Notes: generated by a model not told the origin, from the letters alone. A DNA stretch of 64,000 nucleotides from an uncultured Bacillota bacterium (GCA_937975235.1 CALJUZ010000106.1:695-64694); one strand, 5' to 3'. Positions 1 through 12,709 are shown, numbered from the stretch's first letter. Numbers and translations are program-made.

Positions 1-793
1 TCGCGTGGCGGATATAGTCTTTCAGGTGTACGGCGCCGACGATGTTGTCCAGCGTTCCGTCGTAGACCGGCAGCCGGTTGAACGGGTTTTCGGCGAACAG
101 CGTGCTCAGCTCTTTGATGGTGGTCGTAATGGGAACGGCGACGACGTCGATGCGCGGCACCATGATTTCCTCCGCGGTCGTGTCGCTGAAGTCGAACACG
201 CTGCGGATCAGGCTGTGCTCGTACTCGTCCAGCACGCCCTCCTCCTGGCCCAGGCGGATCAGGGTGTGGATTTCCTGCTCGGTCAGCTGGGCTTCGCCGT
301 CGGCCTGGCCGCCCACCAGGCGGGCCGCCAGGCTGGCCAGCCCGTCGAACAACGCCGCGACGGGACCAAGGACGACGGTCAGTCCGTTGATCAGGGGCGC
401 GATGCGCAGCGCCAGCGGATCCGCAAAGCGGGCCGCCAACGACTTCGGGATGATCTCCCCGAAGGTGATGACGGTGACCGTCATGAAAGCCGTGGCGATG
501 CCCGCCCCCGGCGGACCCCACAAGCGAATGGCGATGACGGTGGCCAGCGCGGACGCGGAGATGTTGACGACGTTGTTTCCGATCAAAATGGTTGCGATAA
601 ACTTGTTCGGATTCTCAAGAAGATCGGACAGCATTTGGGCGCGCGCATCACCGTTGTCGGCCAGCGAGCGCAGACGCAACCGATTGACGGAAAGGAGAGC
701 GGTTTCAGAGGCGGAGAAAAACGCGGAGCCGAAGAGCAGCCCCAGCAGCACCCATAACTCCCAGGAACCCAATATGCTACTATCAGGATCCAT
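1..793 (-). CDS. HlyC/CorC (CNNM/DUF21 + CBS) membrane protein, 3' end outside window
   Basis: Manual minus-strand translation from ATG 793: MDPDSSILGSWELWVLLGLLFGSAFFSASETALLSVNRLRL...FIATILIGNNVVNI, the FSASETA and ILIGNN motifs of DUF21. In-frame ATG also at 820. No stop in window, so absent from the ORF track. Confidence 0.9.
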   Translation of the reverse strand, partial: MDPDSSILGSWELWVLLGLLFGSAFFSASETALLSVNRLRLRSLADNGDARAQMLSDLLENPNKFIATILIGNNVVNISASALATVIAIRLWGPPGAGIATAFMTVTVITFGEIIPKSLAARFADPLALRIAPLINGLTVVLGPVAALFDGLASLAARLVGGQADGEAQLTEQEIHTLIRLGQEEGVLDEYEHSLIRSVFDFSDTTAEEIMVPRIDVVAVPITTTIKELSTLFAENPFNRLPVYDGTLDNIVGAVHLKDYIRHA

Positions 794-856
794 TGAAGCC
801 AAATCATCCTTTCGGGCCATGCTTGCGAGATACAACCCGCAGGAATGGTTGCCATG

Positions 857-886
857 ATTATACCTAATCCGCCGCCCCGGGGACAA
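857..886 (-). promoter_or_regulatory. sigmaA-type promoter of the CNNM gene
   Basis: Minus strand TTGTCC-N18-TATAAT. Confidence 0.55.
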
Positions 887-1042
887 GATCCCCTCGGCGC
901 CGCGCCCGGGTCGGCAGCGGACCGCTCCCTTCGGGATCACGCTGGTTCGCCGGGCCGGTCCGCATTTCGACTTTCCTTCCGCGACCCGTCTGTGATAATG
1001 TGCATGATAAGCCGGACAATTTTCATCACGGGGGGCACAGCG

Positions 1043-1888
1043 GTGGAGAGCACGAAAGGCGTTGTCGCAGGACGGGCGGGAAGGGGTTTCCGGGGGCTGC
1101 CGGGCAGGATCTCGGCCGTGGTCCTGGCCGCGGCCATGCTGCTGCTGGGCGCGGCCGGCGTCGTCTCGGCCGACATGCGCATCGTCGAGGTGGCCGAGGG
1201 ACAGCGGACCGAAACGTACGTGAAAGACAACCGCGTTCTCGTGGTGACGCCGTTGACGGCCACGACCATGCTGCAGTGCACGACCCGGGAGATGACCATT
1301 GTGTCGCCCGTCTCCCGGACGTACTGGCAAGGTTCCTTCGAGGAGCTGCAGGCCGAGATGGAAGCCATGGTCGCCGCGTTCATGGAAGCTTTCGGAGGCC
1401 TCGCGGCGGCCGGCGGGTTCGAGGACGAGCCGGTGGACGTGCGGGTGACCCGCGTCGGCAGCGACAACGTGGCCGGCTACGCCGCCTATCATTATCTGGT
1501 CGAAACCGGCCGGGACGGCTCCTGGGAAGTGTTCGAAGAAATCTGGGTGTCGCCGGACTTGCTGGACGAGTTCAGCCGCGAGGCCGCGGACTGTGCGGAG
1601 CTCATCCGGGAGATGGACGTCGGCCTGGCCGACCAGCTGGGCGGCGGCTTCGGCACGGCCGAGATCAAAAGCGTCCTGAGCTCGCCCGAGTACCAGGCGC
1701 TCACCCGGGAAGGCTATCCGGTCCGGACCAAGACCGTCACCAATCTTTTCGGCATGGTGTTCGAGTCGGTGGTCGAAGTGACGGAAGTAAGCCGCGAGCC
1801 GGTTCCGGAGTCGCTTTTCGCCGTGTCCGCGGACTACACGCGGGTGGAGAGCTTCTTCGAAATCATGATGGACGTGGAAGAGTTCTGA
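1043..1888 (+). CDS. Secreted hypothetical protein, DUF4412-like
   Basis: GTG 1043 after GGGGG. Signal peptide (ISAVVLAAAMLLLGAAGVVSA/D), acidic mature part with 'VTRVGSDNVAGYAAYHYLV...EEIWVS' and 'VTEVSREPVPESLFAVSADY', resembling DUF4412 proteins. ORF-track start 845 is probably too long. Confidence 0.6.
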   Translation: MESTKGVVAGRAGRGFRGLPGRISAVVLAAAMLLLGAAGVVSADMRIVEVAEGQRTETYVKDNRVLVVTPLTATTMLQCTTREMTIVSPVSRTYWQGSFEELQAEMEAMVAAFMEAFGGLAAAGGFEDEPVDVRVTRVGSDNVAGYAAYHYLVETGRDGSWEVFEEIWVSPDLLDEFSREAADCAELIREMDVGLADQLGGGFGTAEIKSVLSSPEYQALTREGYPVRTKTVTNLFGMVFESVVEVTEVSREPVPESLFAVSADYTRVESFFEIMMDVEEF

Positions 1889-2008
1889 CCGAGCCGTGTC
1901 TGCCGGTCAGATTCCGTCCCGGGCGGGGAACGTCGCGGCCGCGACGCTCCCCGCCTTTTCGTGGGCGGCACAGCGTCTTTCCGCGCCGCGGACCGCAGGA
2001 GCCCGCTC

Positions 2009-2037
2009 TTGGCATGGCGGTCCCGGTTTGGTACGAT
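2009..2037 (+). promoter_or_regulatory. sigmaA promoter of yebC
   Basis: TTGGCA-N17-TACGAT with extended -10 TG. Confidence 0.65.
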
Positions 2038-2081
2038 CAGAGTGTCGCATTGGATGAATCTTGCAGCGAGGTGAGAGGCGA

Positions 2082-2834
2082 GTGGCCGGTCACTCGAAAT
2101 GGGCCAACATCAAACACAAGAAAGAGCGGGAAGACGCCCGGCGCGGCAAGCTGTTCACGAAGCTGTCGCGGCAGATTACGGTAGCGGTGCGCGAATCAGG
2201 ACCGGACCCCGCCATGAACAGCCGCCTGCGCCTTCTCATCGAACAGGCCCGCGCGGCCAACATGCCCATGGACAACATCGAGCGCGCCATCAAAAGGGGC
2301 ACGGGCGAACTCGAAGGCGTCTCGTACGAAGAACTCGTCTACGAAGGGTACGGGCCGGGCGGCGTCGCGATTTTGCTGGACATTATGACCGACAATCGCA
2401 ACCGGACGGCCAGCGAAATCCGCCACCTGTTCTCGCGCTACGGCGGCAGTCTGGGCGAGACGGGCAGCGTCGCGTGGATCTTTTCCCGAAAGGGCGTCAT
2501 GACCTTTGACCGCGCCGCGGTGGAGGACGAGGACGCTTTTATGCTGGAGGCGCTGGAAGCCGGCGCGGAAGACGTCATCGTGGAAGACGACTTTATCGAG
2601 GTGCACACCGAGCCCGGGGATTTGCACGACGTGCGGGAGAAACTGGCGGCGGCCGGCTTCGAGCCCACGGCCGCGGAGCCGCGGCGCATTCCGTCCACCC
2701 TGGTGCAGGTGGACGCCGACACCGCGGAAAAGCTGCTGAAGCTGCTGGACGCGCTGGAGGACCACGACGACGTGCAGTCCGTGTCGGCCAACTTCGACAT
2801 GTCCGAAGAGGTTATGCAGGCAATTCAAGCCTGA
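2082..2834 (+). CDS. yebC: YebC/PmpR family protein
   Basis: MAGHSKWANIKHKK N-terminus, YEGYGPGGVA, LEDHDDVQSV; usual ruv-linked position. Confidence 0.96.
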   Translation: MAGHSKWANIKHKKEREDARRGKLFTKLSRQITVAVRESGPDPAMNSRLRLLIEQARAANMPMDNIERAIKRGTGELEGVSYEELVYEGYGPGGVAILLDIMTDNRNRTASEIRHLFSRYGGSLGETGSVAWIFSRKGVMTFDRAAVEDEDAFMLEALEAGAEDVIVEDDFIEVHTEPGDLHDVREKLAAAGFEPTAAEPRRIPSTLVQVDADTAEKLLKLLDALEDHDDVQSVSANFDMSEEVMQAIQA

Positions 2835-2915
2835 TCGGACTGCAATCCCCCCGGACGGGCCACGATACAAACAGCCGGCCGGCTGGCAGCGGCCGGCATC
2901 CGGGGGGGATAAACC

Positions 2916-3278
2916 ATGTTGCGCCGCTATCGGTGGCTGCTTTTTGGAGCGGCGGCGGGCGCCTTCGCCGTCGGGTTCCTGCTGACGCTGGCCGCGCTGG
3001 CGCCCGTGCCGGGGGCGCCGGGGCAGGCGGCGGAGCCGGCGGCTCCCGCGGGCGACGATGCGCCGTGCAGCGACTACAGCGGCACCTTCGTGGGCGTGCA
3101 CGACGGCCGCGTCGCGGTGTTCGAAGGGGCGCCCGGCGGCTGCCGGCGGCTGGTGGAAACGCATCCGATCTCGGTTCAGGAGCTGCCCGCCTTTCAAGCC
3201 GCGGAGCTGGAGCGGGGCATCGAGTTTTCCGGCCACGACGAGCTGTTTCAAATTCTGGAGGGACTGACGGCCCCGTAA
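2916..3278 (+). CDS. bofC: BofC C-terminal domain protein
   Basis: Hydrophobic N-terminus then 'FVGVHDGRVAVFEG...ISVQELPAFQAAELERGIEFSGHDELFQILEGL'; sits upstream of ruv genes as bofC does in Bacillus. Confidence 0.7.
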   Translation: MLRRYRWLLFGAAAGAFAVGFLLTLAALAPVPGAPGQAAEPAAPAGDDAPCSDYSGTFVGVHDGRVAVFEGAPGGCRRLVETHPISVQELPAFQAAELERGIEFSGHDELFQILEGLTAP

Positions 3279-3303
3279 CAGCGGGCCGCGACGGCGGCGC
3301 GCG

Positions 3304-3330
3304 GCAGGAATGCCGGAACGGACAGCGAAT
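3304..3330 (+). promoter_or_regulatory. sigmaH-like promoter upstream of ruvC
   Basis: GCAGGAAT...GCGAAT (AGGA-N17-GAAT). Confidence 0.6.
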
Positions 3331-3365
3331 GGCCAACAAGGTACCGGCTGGGGGGACGTTCCGGT

Positions 3366-3863
3366 TTGAGAATACTCGGCGTCGACCCGGGGCTCGCGCT
3401 GACGGGCTTCGGCGTCATCGAAGGCTCCGCCCGTCCGACGGCCCTTCGCTTCGGCGAGGTGCGCACGTCGCCGCACACGCCCGAAGCGGAGCGGCTTCAC
3501 CGCATCCACGAAGAGATCAGCGCCATTATCCGCGCCTTTCGGCCCGACGTGGTGGCCGTCGAGCAGCTGTTTTTCAACAAGAACGCCCGGAGCGCCATGG
3601 CCGTGGGCCAGGCGCGCGGCGTCGTGCTGCTGGCCGCGGCCGAAGCGGGGCTGGAAATTCACGAGTTCACGCCGCTGGAAGTCAAGCTCGCGGTGACGGG
3701 GCAGGGCCGCGCGGCCAAAGAGCAGGTCGGCTACATGGTGAAGATGCTCCTGGGCCTGAAGGCCGTGCCGCAGCCCGACGACGTGGCCGACGCGCTGGCG
3801 GTGGCGCTGACGTGCGCGCACACCATGGCCACCCGGCGGCGCTGGGGGGACGCGTTCAAGTGA
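3366..3863 (+). CDS. ruvC: Holliday junction resolvase RuvC
   Basis: RILGVDPG, AVEQLFF, DDVADALAVA motifs. Confidence 0.97.
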   Translation: MRILGVDPGLALTGFGVIEGSARPTALRFGEVRTSPHTPEAERLHRIHEEISAIIRAFRPDVVAVEQLFFNKNARSAMAVGQARGVVLLAAAEAGLEIHEFTPLEVKLAVTGQGRAAKEQVGYMVKMLLGLKAVPQPDDVADALAVALTCAHTMATRRRWGDAFK

Positions 3864-4465
3864 TCGCGATGCTGAGGGGCCGGGTGCTGCGCCGGGGGCC
3901 GGACTGGGTCGTCGTCGACGTGGGCGGTGTGGGTTACCGGGTGGCGGTGCCCGCGTCCACGGCCGCGGCGCTGCCGGGCCCGGGTGAAGAGGTGACGCTG
4001 CACACCCACACCCACGTGCGCGAGGACACGCTGGCCTTGTATGGGTTCGCGTCGGAAGACGAGCTGCGCCTGTTCGAGGACTTGATGACCGTGTCCGGCA
4101 TGGGGCCCAGGCTCTCGCTGACCGCGCTGTCCACCCTGCGGCCCGCGGAATTCCGGCGGGCCATCGCCGAGGAGGACGTCGCGTCCTTGACCCGCATTTC
4201 GGGCGTGGGCCGCAAAACCGCGCAGCGCATGATTTTGGAGCTCAAAGGCAAGCTGACGCCGGGTCCGGAAGGCGACGCCGGACCGCAGGCCGCGGCGGCT
4301 TTCGATGCACCCGAGTCCGACGCGGTGGCGGCGCTGGTGGCATTGGGCTATGCCGAGGCCGACGCGGCCCGGGCGGTGCGGGCCGCCCGCGCCGCGAAAG
4401 GGGAAGCCGACACGGCCCGGCTGGTGCGGCTGGCCCTGCGGGAGCTGGCGCCTTTTGACGCGTAG
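3860..4465 (+). CDS. ruvA: Holliday junction branch migration protein RuvA
   Basis: GTG overlaps ruvC stop; MIAMLRG...DVGGVGY...[11 protein letters not shown]...[15 protein letters not shown]. Confidence 0.96.
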   Translation: MIAMLRGRVLRRGPDWVVVDVGGVGYRVAVPASTAAALPGPGEEVTLHTHTHVREDTLALYGFASEDELRLFEDLMTVSGMGPRLSLTALSTLRPAEFRRAIAEEDVASLTRISGVGRKTAQRMILELKGKLTPGPEGDAGPQAAAAFDAPESDAVAALVALGYAEADAARAVRAARAAKGEADTARLVRLALRELAPFDA

Positions 4466-4503
4466 CGCCGGCAGGCCGCGGCGCGGCGAGGGAGGACAGT
4501 GCG

Positions 4504-5589
4504 GTGAACAGAGACGAGGAGCGCATCGTCACGGGCCGGCTGCGGCCGGAGGACGCGGAGATTGAGGCCGGCCTGCGCCCGCGACGGCTGGCCTCGTACA
4601 TCGGGCAGGACCAGATCAAAGAAAGCTTGTCGGTGTTTATCGAGGCGGCCCGCTCCCGCGCCGAGGCGCTGGACCACGTGCTCCTGAGCGGTCCGCCGGG
4701 GCTGGGCAAGACGACGCTGGCGGGCGTCATCGCCAACGAGCTGGGCGTCAACATGCGCACCACCTCGGGCCCGGCCATCGAGCGCCAGGGCGACCTGGTG
4801 GCCATCTTGACCAACCTGGAGCCCCGGGACGTGCTGTTCATCGACGAAATCCACCGCCTGAACCGCACGGTGGAGGAAGTGCTCTATCCGGCCATGGAAG
4901 ACTTCGCGGTGGACATCGTCATCGGCAAGGGGCCCAGTGCGCGGTCCTTGCGGCTGGATCTGCCGCCCTTCACGCTCATCGGGGCCACCACCCGGGCGGG
5001 CATGCTGACCTCGCCCCTGCGGGACCGCTTCGGCGTCTTGTTCCGGCTGGAGTACTACACCGAGCGGGACTTGATGCAAATCGTGACGCGGGCGGCTCAG
5101 GTGCTGGACGTAGACGTCACCGAGGAGGGGGCGCGAGAGATCGCCCGGCGGGCCCGGGGAACGCCCCGCATCGCCAACCGGCTGCTGAAGCGGGTGCGGG
5201 ACTTCGCCCAGGTGCGGGCCGACGGGCGGGTCACCGGCCCGGTGGCGCGCGAGGCCCTGGCCATGCTGGACGTGGACGAGCTGGGGCTGGACCGCGTCGA
5301 CCGGGCGCTGCTGCAGACCATCATCGACAAGTTCGGCGGCGGCCCGGTGGGCGTGGAGACGCTGGCCGCGGCGGCCGGCGAAGAGGTCGAAACCATCGAA
5401 GACGTCTACGAGCCGTACCTCATGCAAATCGGCTATCTGGAGCGGACGCCCCGGGGCCGGCGGGCCACGGCCCTGGCGTACCGGCATTTGAATCGGCCGC
5501 TGCCAAGGCGCGGCCAGGAGGAGGACGACCGGGCGCCGGCCCAAGCCCCGCCGGGCGTCGATCAGTCTACGTTGTTCGAGGAGGCGTGA
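4504..5589 (+). CDS. ruvB: Holliday junction helicase RuvB
   Basis: [36 protein letters not shown]. Confidence 0.98.
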   Translation: MNRDEERIVTGRLRPEDAEIEAGLRPRRLASYIGQDQIKESLSVFIEAARSRAEALDHVLLSGPPGLGKTTLAGVIANELGVNMRTTSGPAIERQGDLVAILTNLEPRDVLFIDEIHRLNRTVEEVLYPAMEDFAVDIVIGKGPSARSLRLDLPPFTLIGATTRAGMLTSPLRDRFGVLFRLEYYTERDLMQIVTRAAQVLDVDVTEEGAREIARRARGTPRIANRLLKRVRDFAQVRADGRVTGPVAREALAMLDVDELGLDRVDRALLQTIIDKFGGGPVGVETLAAAAGEEVETIEDVYEPYLMQIGYLERTPRGRRATALAYRHLNRPLPRRGQEEDDRAPAQAPPGVDQSTLFEEA

Positions 5590-5592
5590 GCG

Positions 5593-5808
5593 GTGCCGTT
5601 TTCGGGCGTCGGGCGAAGCCTCGTGGTGGCGGGCGTCGTGCTGCTGGTGATCGGCGTGCTGATTCTGCTGCTGGAGCGCGTCGGCATCCCGCGGCTGCCG
5701 GGCGACATCGTCATCCGCCGGGGCAACTGGACGATTTACATCCCCATCGCCACGTCCATCTTGCTCAGCCTCATCCTCACGCTGCTGTTCGCACTGTTCC
5801 GGCGCTGA
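5593..5808 (+). CDS. DUF2905 small membrane protein
   Basis: 'RLPGDIVIRRGNWTIYIPIATSILLSLILTLL', typically downstream of ruvB. Confidence 0.85.
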   Translation: MPFSGVGRSLVVAGVVLLVIGVLILLLERVGIPRLPGDIVIRRGNWTIYIPIATSILLSLILTLLFALFRR

Positions 5809-5839
5809 CGGCGGCGCCGCCCGAAGGAGACCCGGTTCG

Positions 5840-6591
5840 ATGGCTCTTTACAAGGCCGAGGCGGTGGTGCTGCGCTCCCGCAGCCTGGGCGAGGCGGACA
5901 AAATCGTCACGCTGTTCACGTATGAGCGGGGAAAAGTGGAGGCGGTGGCCCGGGGCGTGCGCCGTCCGCGCAGCCGGCTTCTGGGTGTGACGCAGCTGTT
6001 TACCCACGGCCGCTTCCTGCTGTACGAGCGCAAGTCGCTGGACACCATCAGCCAGGGCGAAATCGTGCGGTCTTTTTTGCCCCTGCGGGAGGACTTGCTG
6101 CGCATGGCCCATGCGGCCTACGTGGCGGAGCTCCTGGACCGCACGACGGAGCTGAACGATGGACATCCCCGCCTGTTTGCGCTATTATTGATGGTTATGG
6201 AGATGCTGGCCACGGGCCCGCGGCTGGCATTGACGACGCGGTACTTCGAGGTGCAGCTTATGCAGGAACTGGGCTTTCGGCCGCACCTGGACGACTGCGT
6301 GCGCTGCGGGGCGCAGGACGCGTCGTGGTTCAGCGTCGAGGCCGGAGGGCTCGTGTGCGGGCGCTGCCGCGGCGCGGACGCGACCAAACTGGACCACGAG
6401 TCATTGGAAGTGATGCGCTACATGGCCCGGGCCGAGCCGGCGCGGCTGGGCGTTCTGCGGCCGTCCCGGCGGGCTTTGCAAACGCTGGAGGACGTGCTGC
6501 CCAAATACTGCGCGGCCCGCATCGGCCGCTGGCTGCATTCCATGGATTTCCTGCTGTCTTTGGGCGCGGCGGAAACGCAGGGGGTTGAGCG

Positions 6592-6595
<4 letters not shown>
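5840..6595 (+). CDS. recO: DNA repair protein RecO
   Basis: [12 protein letters not shown]...GKVEAVARG; Zn finger CVRC...VCGRC. Confidence 0.95.
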
Positions 6596-7472
<877 letters not shown>

Positions 7473-7476
<4 letters not shown>

Positions 7477-9545
7477 AGCTGGACCTTTTGGTGGAAATCG
7501 GCACCGAGGAGCTGCCCGCCCGGTTCGTGGACGGGGCCTTGGGCCAAATGCAGGAAGCCGCGGAAAAGCAGCTGGCCGACTTGCGCCTGACCTATGACCG
7601 CCTGGAAGTCAAGGGCACGCCGCGGCGGCTGGCGCTGCTGGTGTTCGGGCTGGCGGCCCGTCAGGAGGATCTGGTGCGGGAAATGAAGGGTCCGTCGGCC
7701 CGGGTCGCCTTCGACGAGACGGGCGCGCCCACCAAGGCCGCGCTGGGCTTCGCCCGGGGCCAGGGCGTCAGCGTGGACGAGCTGGAGATTCGGGAGACGG
7801 AGCAAGGCCGGTACGTGTTCGCGATTACCCGCTCCGCGGGCCGGCCGGCGGCGGACGTGCTGGCCGAGTGGCTGCCGGGGTTCATCGCGGGCCTGCAGTT
7901 TCCCAAGTCGATGCGGTGGGGTGACGGAACGCTGCGCTTCGCCAGGCCGGTGCGCTGGCTCGTCGCGCTGCTGGACGGGCAGGTGCTGCCGGTGACGCTG
8001 GACGGCGTGGCCGCGGGCCGCATCAGCCGCGGCCACCGTTTCCTGGCCAAAGGCGACGTGGTGCTGGACGGCCCCGCCGACTATGTGGAACGCATGCGGG
8101 CCGCGTACGTGCTGGTGGATGGACCGGAGCGGACGCAGGCGGTGCGGGACGAAGTCCGCCGGGCCGCCGAAGCCCATGGCGCCTCGGTCCTGGAGGACGA
8201 AGACCTGGTGGCCGAGGTGGCCAACTTGGTGGAGTGGCCTGCGGCCGTGGTCGGATCGTTCGACGAGTCGTTCCTGCAGCTGCCGCGCGCCGCGCTGATC
8301 ACGCCCATGCGGGAGCACCAGCGCTACTTCCCGCTGGCCGACAAGGCGGGACGGCTGCTGCCGCTGTTCGTGGCCGTGGCCAACGGTCCGCGGGAGGACA
8401 TGGACGTCGTCCGCCGCGGCAACGAAAAGGTGCTGGCGGCCCGGCTCGCGGACGCCCGGTTCTTCTACGACGAAGACCGGAAGACGCCCCTGGCCGACTA
8501 CGTCCCCCGGCTGAAGGACGTGGTGTTCCAGGAGCGGCTGGGCACGGTGTACGAAAAGGTGGAGCGGGTGCGGGCCCTGGCGGCGTCCCTGGCCCGCATG
8601 GCCGGCGCGGACGAAGAGGTCGCGGCCGTGGTCGACCGGGCCGCCTACTTGGCCAAAGCCGACCTGGTCACGCAGATGGTGTACGAATTCCCCGAGCTGC
8701 AGGGCGTCATGGGCAGGGAATACGCGCTGCTGTCGGGCGAAGGGGAAGCGGTGGCCGACGCGGTGTTCGAGCATTACCTGCCCCGGTTCGCGGGCGACGA
8801 GCTGCCGCGGACATTGGCGGGCTCGATTCTAAGCGTGGCCGACAAGCTGGACACCATCGTAGGCTGCTTCGGCGTGGACTTGATTCCGACGGGCTCCCAG
8901 GATCCGTACGCGCTCCGGCGCCAGGCGCTGGGCGTCGTGCGCATCGTCAGCGGTTTCCCGCTGGAGATTCACCTCGGGGAAGCCCTCTCGGCGGCTCTGG
9001 CCGCCTTCGGCGGGCGGTTCGACGACGAAGCCGACGCGCTGCTGCAGCGGGTGATGGACTTCTTCGCGCAGCGGGTGCGGGGCATGCTGCTGGATCAAGG
9101 CGTGCGCCATGACTTGGTAGAAGCCGTCGTCGGCGCGGGCATCGACGATCTGGCCGGCGTGTTCGCCAAAGCCGACGCCCTGGCCCGCTTCAGCGGCACC
9201 GCCGAGTTCGAGGCGCTGGTGACGGCCTACGAGCGGGCGGCCAACCTGGCGGCCAAGGGGGATGCCGATGACGTCGACGCCGCGCTGTTCGAGACCGAAG
9301 CGGAGGCGGATCTGTTCAGCCAAGTGCAGCGGGTCGAGGAGCGGCTGGCGAGCCTGACGGAGGAAGGCCGCTGGGACGAGGCCCTGCGGGCGCTGGCGGG
9401 GCTGCGGCCCTTTGTCGACCGGCTGTTCGACGACGTCATGATCATGGCGCCCGACCCAGCCGTGCGCCGCAACCGCCTGGCGCTGCTGCGCCGCACGGTG
9501 CGGGCCTTTGCCGCGGTGGCCGATTTCGGCGCGGTGGTCGCGTAG
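7473..9545 (+). CDS. glyS: Glycine-tRNA ligase beta subunit
   Basis: GTG 7473: [47 protein letters not shown]. Confidence 0.97.
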
Positions 9546-9617
9546 CCGCGCGGGCGCCGCTGCGGGAGAGGAGCGGGCGGCCGGCGCCGAGAAGACCACT
9601 GCATGGAGGTGAGGGCG

Positions 9618-11456
9618 ATGGCGCTTCGATTCACGCCGGCGCTGATCGAAGAGATCAAGGCGCAGACGGACATCGTAGCGCTCGTTTCCGAGCATGTCGC
9701 CCTCCGCCGCGCCGGCAAGAACTTTGTCGGGCTTTGCCCGTTTCACCCGGAAAAGACGCCGTCGTTCACCGTCAGCCCGGACAAGCAGATGTTCCACTGT
9801 TTCGGCTGCCAGGCGGGCGGCGACGCGATTACGTTCATCATGCGGCTGACGGGCAGCGACTTTCCGACGGCCGTGGAGGAGCTGGCCCGGCGCGCGGGCG
9901 TCGACGTCAGCCGCTACGTGGCCTCGCCCGCGGAGCAGCGGCGCATGCAGCGCCGGCAGCGTCTCCTGGACGTGCAGCGGGAGGCGGCCGCGTTTTTCGC
10001 CCAGGTGCTGCGCAGCGCGTACGGGCGGCAGGCCCGGGCGTACCTGCATCGGCGAGGCATTGATCCCGACACGATGGAAACGTTTCAGCTGGGATACGCG
10101 CCGTCGCCCGAGCTGTTTCGGCGCTTTTTGTCCCGGCGGGGCATCGAGGACGAGCTCGCGCTGGAGGCCGGCCTGCTGATTCCCGGGCGGGCGGGCCGCC
10201 CGCCGTTTCCGCGCTTTCGCGACCGGCTCATGTTTCCGATTTGGGACCGGGGCGGACGGGTGGTCGGCTTTGGCGGCCGGCTTCTGGCCGACGGCGTCCG
10301 GGCGCCGAAGTACCTCAACTCGCCCGAGACGCCGCTGTTCAGCAAGCGCCGCGTCCTGTACGGCGCGCACCTGGCCGCGCAGGCGGCCAAAGACGCCGGG
10401 GCGGTCATCGTGGTGGAGGGCTATATGGACTGCATCAGCCTCCACCGCCACGGCGTGAAAAACGCGGTGGCCTCCCTCGGCACCGCCTTCACGGAGGAGC
10501 AGGCCCGGGAGCTGGCGCGCCTGGCGGAGCGGGCCGTCGTCGCGTTTGACGCGGACGCGGCCGGTGAAGCCGCGACGTTGCGCAGCCTGGACTTGCTGGC
10601 CGCCGCGGGCTTGCGGGTGGCAGTGCTGCAGCTGCCGCCGGGCCTGGATCCGGACGACTTCGTGCGCCGCCACGGCCCCGGGCCCTTTGCGCAGCTGGTC
10701 CGCACCGCGCTGCCGCTGACGGAATACAAGCTGAACAAGGTGTTCGCCGGCGCGGCGCTGGACACCGTGGAAGGACGGGCCCTGGCGGTGGAGCGGGCGG
10801 CGGCCGTCATCGCGGGGCTGGAGAGTGCGGTGGAGCGGGAAGGATATGTGCGGCTGATTGCCGAACGAAGCGGAGCGACGCCCGAGGCGGTGCGGGCGGA
10901 GCTGGCGCGCGTCCAGGCCCGTTCGAGCAAAAACGGCGCGTCCCGACATACGCGCGCGGAAATCCGCCATAATAATAAAGGTTTTCCAGGAACGAAGCAC
11001 GAACACACTCCGCACGGCCCAAGGGCCGGAGGAGATTTGCTGTCGTATGCCGAACAAGTGATCTTGAGGCACGTCCTGGCCGATGCCGGCCGGACCGACG
11101 ACTTGGCCGCCCTGGACGTTCCCGGCGCGTGGTCCGGGGAGGCGGTGGCCGGCGCCGTGGCGCTGCTGCGGCAGCGGCCGCCGGGAGTGCCCGCGGCGCA
11201 GTGGCTGGACGGCCTGCCCGACGGCGCGCCGGCAGCGCTGCTGCGTGCCGTTTGGGCTGACCGATCCATTCCGGACGTTCCGTGGGAGGACGCCCGGCGC
11301 GAGCTGGGGCGCCAGCGCGGACGCCGGGCACTGGCCATGCTGGAAGAGCGCCTGCAGGCGGCGGAAAACGAGTCAGACCTGACCGCGGCCCTCCGTATGA
11401 CGGCGAGGCTGCTGGTCGAGTATAAAAGGTTGAGGAGCTTGCCGGGTGAGCGGTAG
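9618..11456 (+). CDS. dnaG: DNA primase
   Basis: CHC2 finger [35 protein letters not shown]...FDAD. Confidence 0.97.
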   Translation: MALRFTPALIEEIKAQTDIVALVSEHVALRRAGKNFVGLCPFHPEKTPSFTVSPDKQMFHCFGCQAGGDAITFIMRLTGSDFPTAVEELARRAGVDVSRYVASPAEQRRMQRRQRLLDVQREAAAFFAQVLRSAYGRQARAYLHRRGIDPDTMETFQLGYAPSPELFRRFLSRRGIEDELALEAGLLIPGRAGRPPFPRFRDRLMFPIWDRGGRVVGFGGRLLADGVRAPKYLNSPETPLFSKRRVLYGAHLAAQAAKDAGAVIVVEGYMDCISLHRHGVKNAVASLGTAFTEEQARELARLAERAVVAFDADAAGEAATLRSLDLLAAAGLRVAVLQLPPGLDPDDFVRRHGPGPFAQLVRTALPLTEYKLNKVFAGAALDTVEGRALAVERAAAVIAGLESAVEREGYVRLIAERSGATPEAVRAELARVQARSSKNGASRHTRAEIRHNNKGFPGTKHEHTPHGPRAGGDLLSYAEQVILRHVLADAGRTDDLAALDVPGAWSGEAVAGAVALLRQRPPGVPAAQWLDGLPDGAPAALLRAVWADRSIPDVPWEDARRELGRQRGRRALAMLEERLQAAENESDLTAALRMTARLLVEYKRLRSLPGER

Positions 11457-11482
11457 CAGCATGTGGAAAGGGGGGAGCGGAC

Positions 11483-12613
11483 ATGACGGAAACCAACGGC
11501 AACACGCATCTGCCCGACCTGGAAAGCATTGAAGAGTTGATGCAGCGCGGGAAACGGCAAGGCTCGCTGACGTATCGGGAGATCATGGACGCGCTGCAGG
11601 ACGTGGAGCTCTCCCCGGAACAAATCGACGAGATTTACGATCGGTTGGCCCGCCAAGGCGTCGACATCATCGCGGACGGCGTGGACGTGGAGCGCGAGGA
11701 CGACGATGACGACGTCATCGACGAGAAGATCGACGTCAACGGTTCCGCCGACGAGGACATTGACTTGGATCTGCCCGCCGGCGTCGGTCTCGACGATCCG
11801 GTGCGGATGTACCTGAAGGAAATCGGGCGCGTGCCGCTGCTGACGGCCGAGGAAGAAGTGGAGCTGGCCAAGCGCATCGAGCAGGGCGATGAGGAGGCCC
11901 GCCGCAAGCTGGCCGAAGCCAACCTGCGCCTGGTGGTCAGCATCGCCAAGCGCTACGTGGGGCGCGGCATGCTGTTCCTGGACCTGATCCAGGAGGGGAA
12001 CCTGGGCCTGCTGAAAGCGGTGGAGAAGTTCGACTACCGCAAAGGCTTCAAGTTCAGCACGTACGCCACGTGGTGGATCCGGCAGGCCATCACCCGGGCC
12101 ATCGCGGATCAGGCCCGCACCATTCGCATTCCGGTGCACATGGTCGAAACCATCAACAAGCTGATCCGCGTGTCGCGCCAGCTCTTGCAGGAGCTGGGCC
12201 GGGAACCCACGCCCGCGGAGATCGCGGAGCGCATGGGCATGACGGAAGAGCGCGTGCGTGAGATTATGAAGATCGCGCAGGAGCCGGTCTCTCTGGAGAC
12301 GCCCATCGGCGAGGAAGAGGACAGCCACCTGGGTGACTTCATCGAGGATCAGGACGCGCCCGCGCCGGCCGAGGCGGCATCGTTTACCATGCTCAAAGAG
12401 CAGCTGGAGGACGTCCTGGACTCGCTGACGCCGCGGGAGGAGAAAGTGCTGCGGCTGCGCTTCGGGCTCGACGACGGCCGCGCCCGCACGCTGGAGGAAG
12501 TGGGGCAGGAGTTCGGCGTCACCCGGGAGCGGATTCGTCAGATCGAGGCCAAGGCCCTGCGCAAGCTGCGCCATCCGAGCCGCAGCAAGAAACTGAAAGA
12601 CTTTCTCGAGTAG
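11483..12613 (+). CDS. sigA: Primary sigma factor SigA/RpoD
   Basis: [66 protein letters not shown]. Confidence 0.98.
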   Translation: MTETNGNTHLPDLESIEELMQRGKRQGSLTYREIMDALQDVELSPEQIDEIYDRLARQGVDIIADGVDVEREDDDDDVIDEKIDVNGSADEDIDLDLPAGVGLDDPVRMYLKEIGRVPLLTAEEEVELAKRIEQGDEEARRKLAEANLRLVVSIAKRYVGRGMLFLDLIQEGNLGLLKAVEKFDYRKGFKFSTYATWWIRQAITRAIADQARTIRIPVHMVETINKLIRVSRQLLQELGREPTPAEIAERMGMTEERVREIMKIAQEPVSLETPIGEEEDSHLGDFIEDQDAPAPAEAASFTMLKEQLEDVLDSLTPREEKVLRLRFGLDDGRARTLEEVGQEFGVTRERIRQIEAKALRKLRHPSRSKKLKDFLE

Positions 12614-12633
12614 GCGCGGCCGCACGGCCCTCG

Positions 12634-12662
12634 TTGACAGCGCGCCAGCATCGCACTATAAT
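12634..12662 (+). promoter_or_regulatory. Consensus sigmaA promoter for tRNA-Ile2
   Basis: TTGACA-N17-TATAAT. Confidence 0.9.
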
Positions 12663-12709
12663 CGAGGTGCGGGGCATGATCCGGCGTCACTGCCCCGCAT
12701 CGTCTTCTC

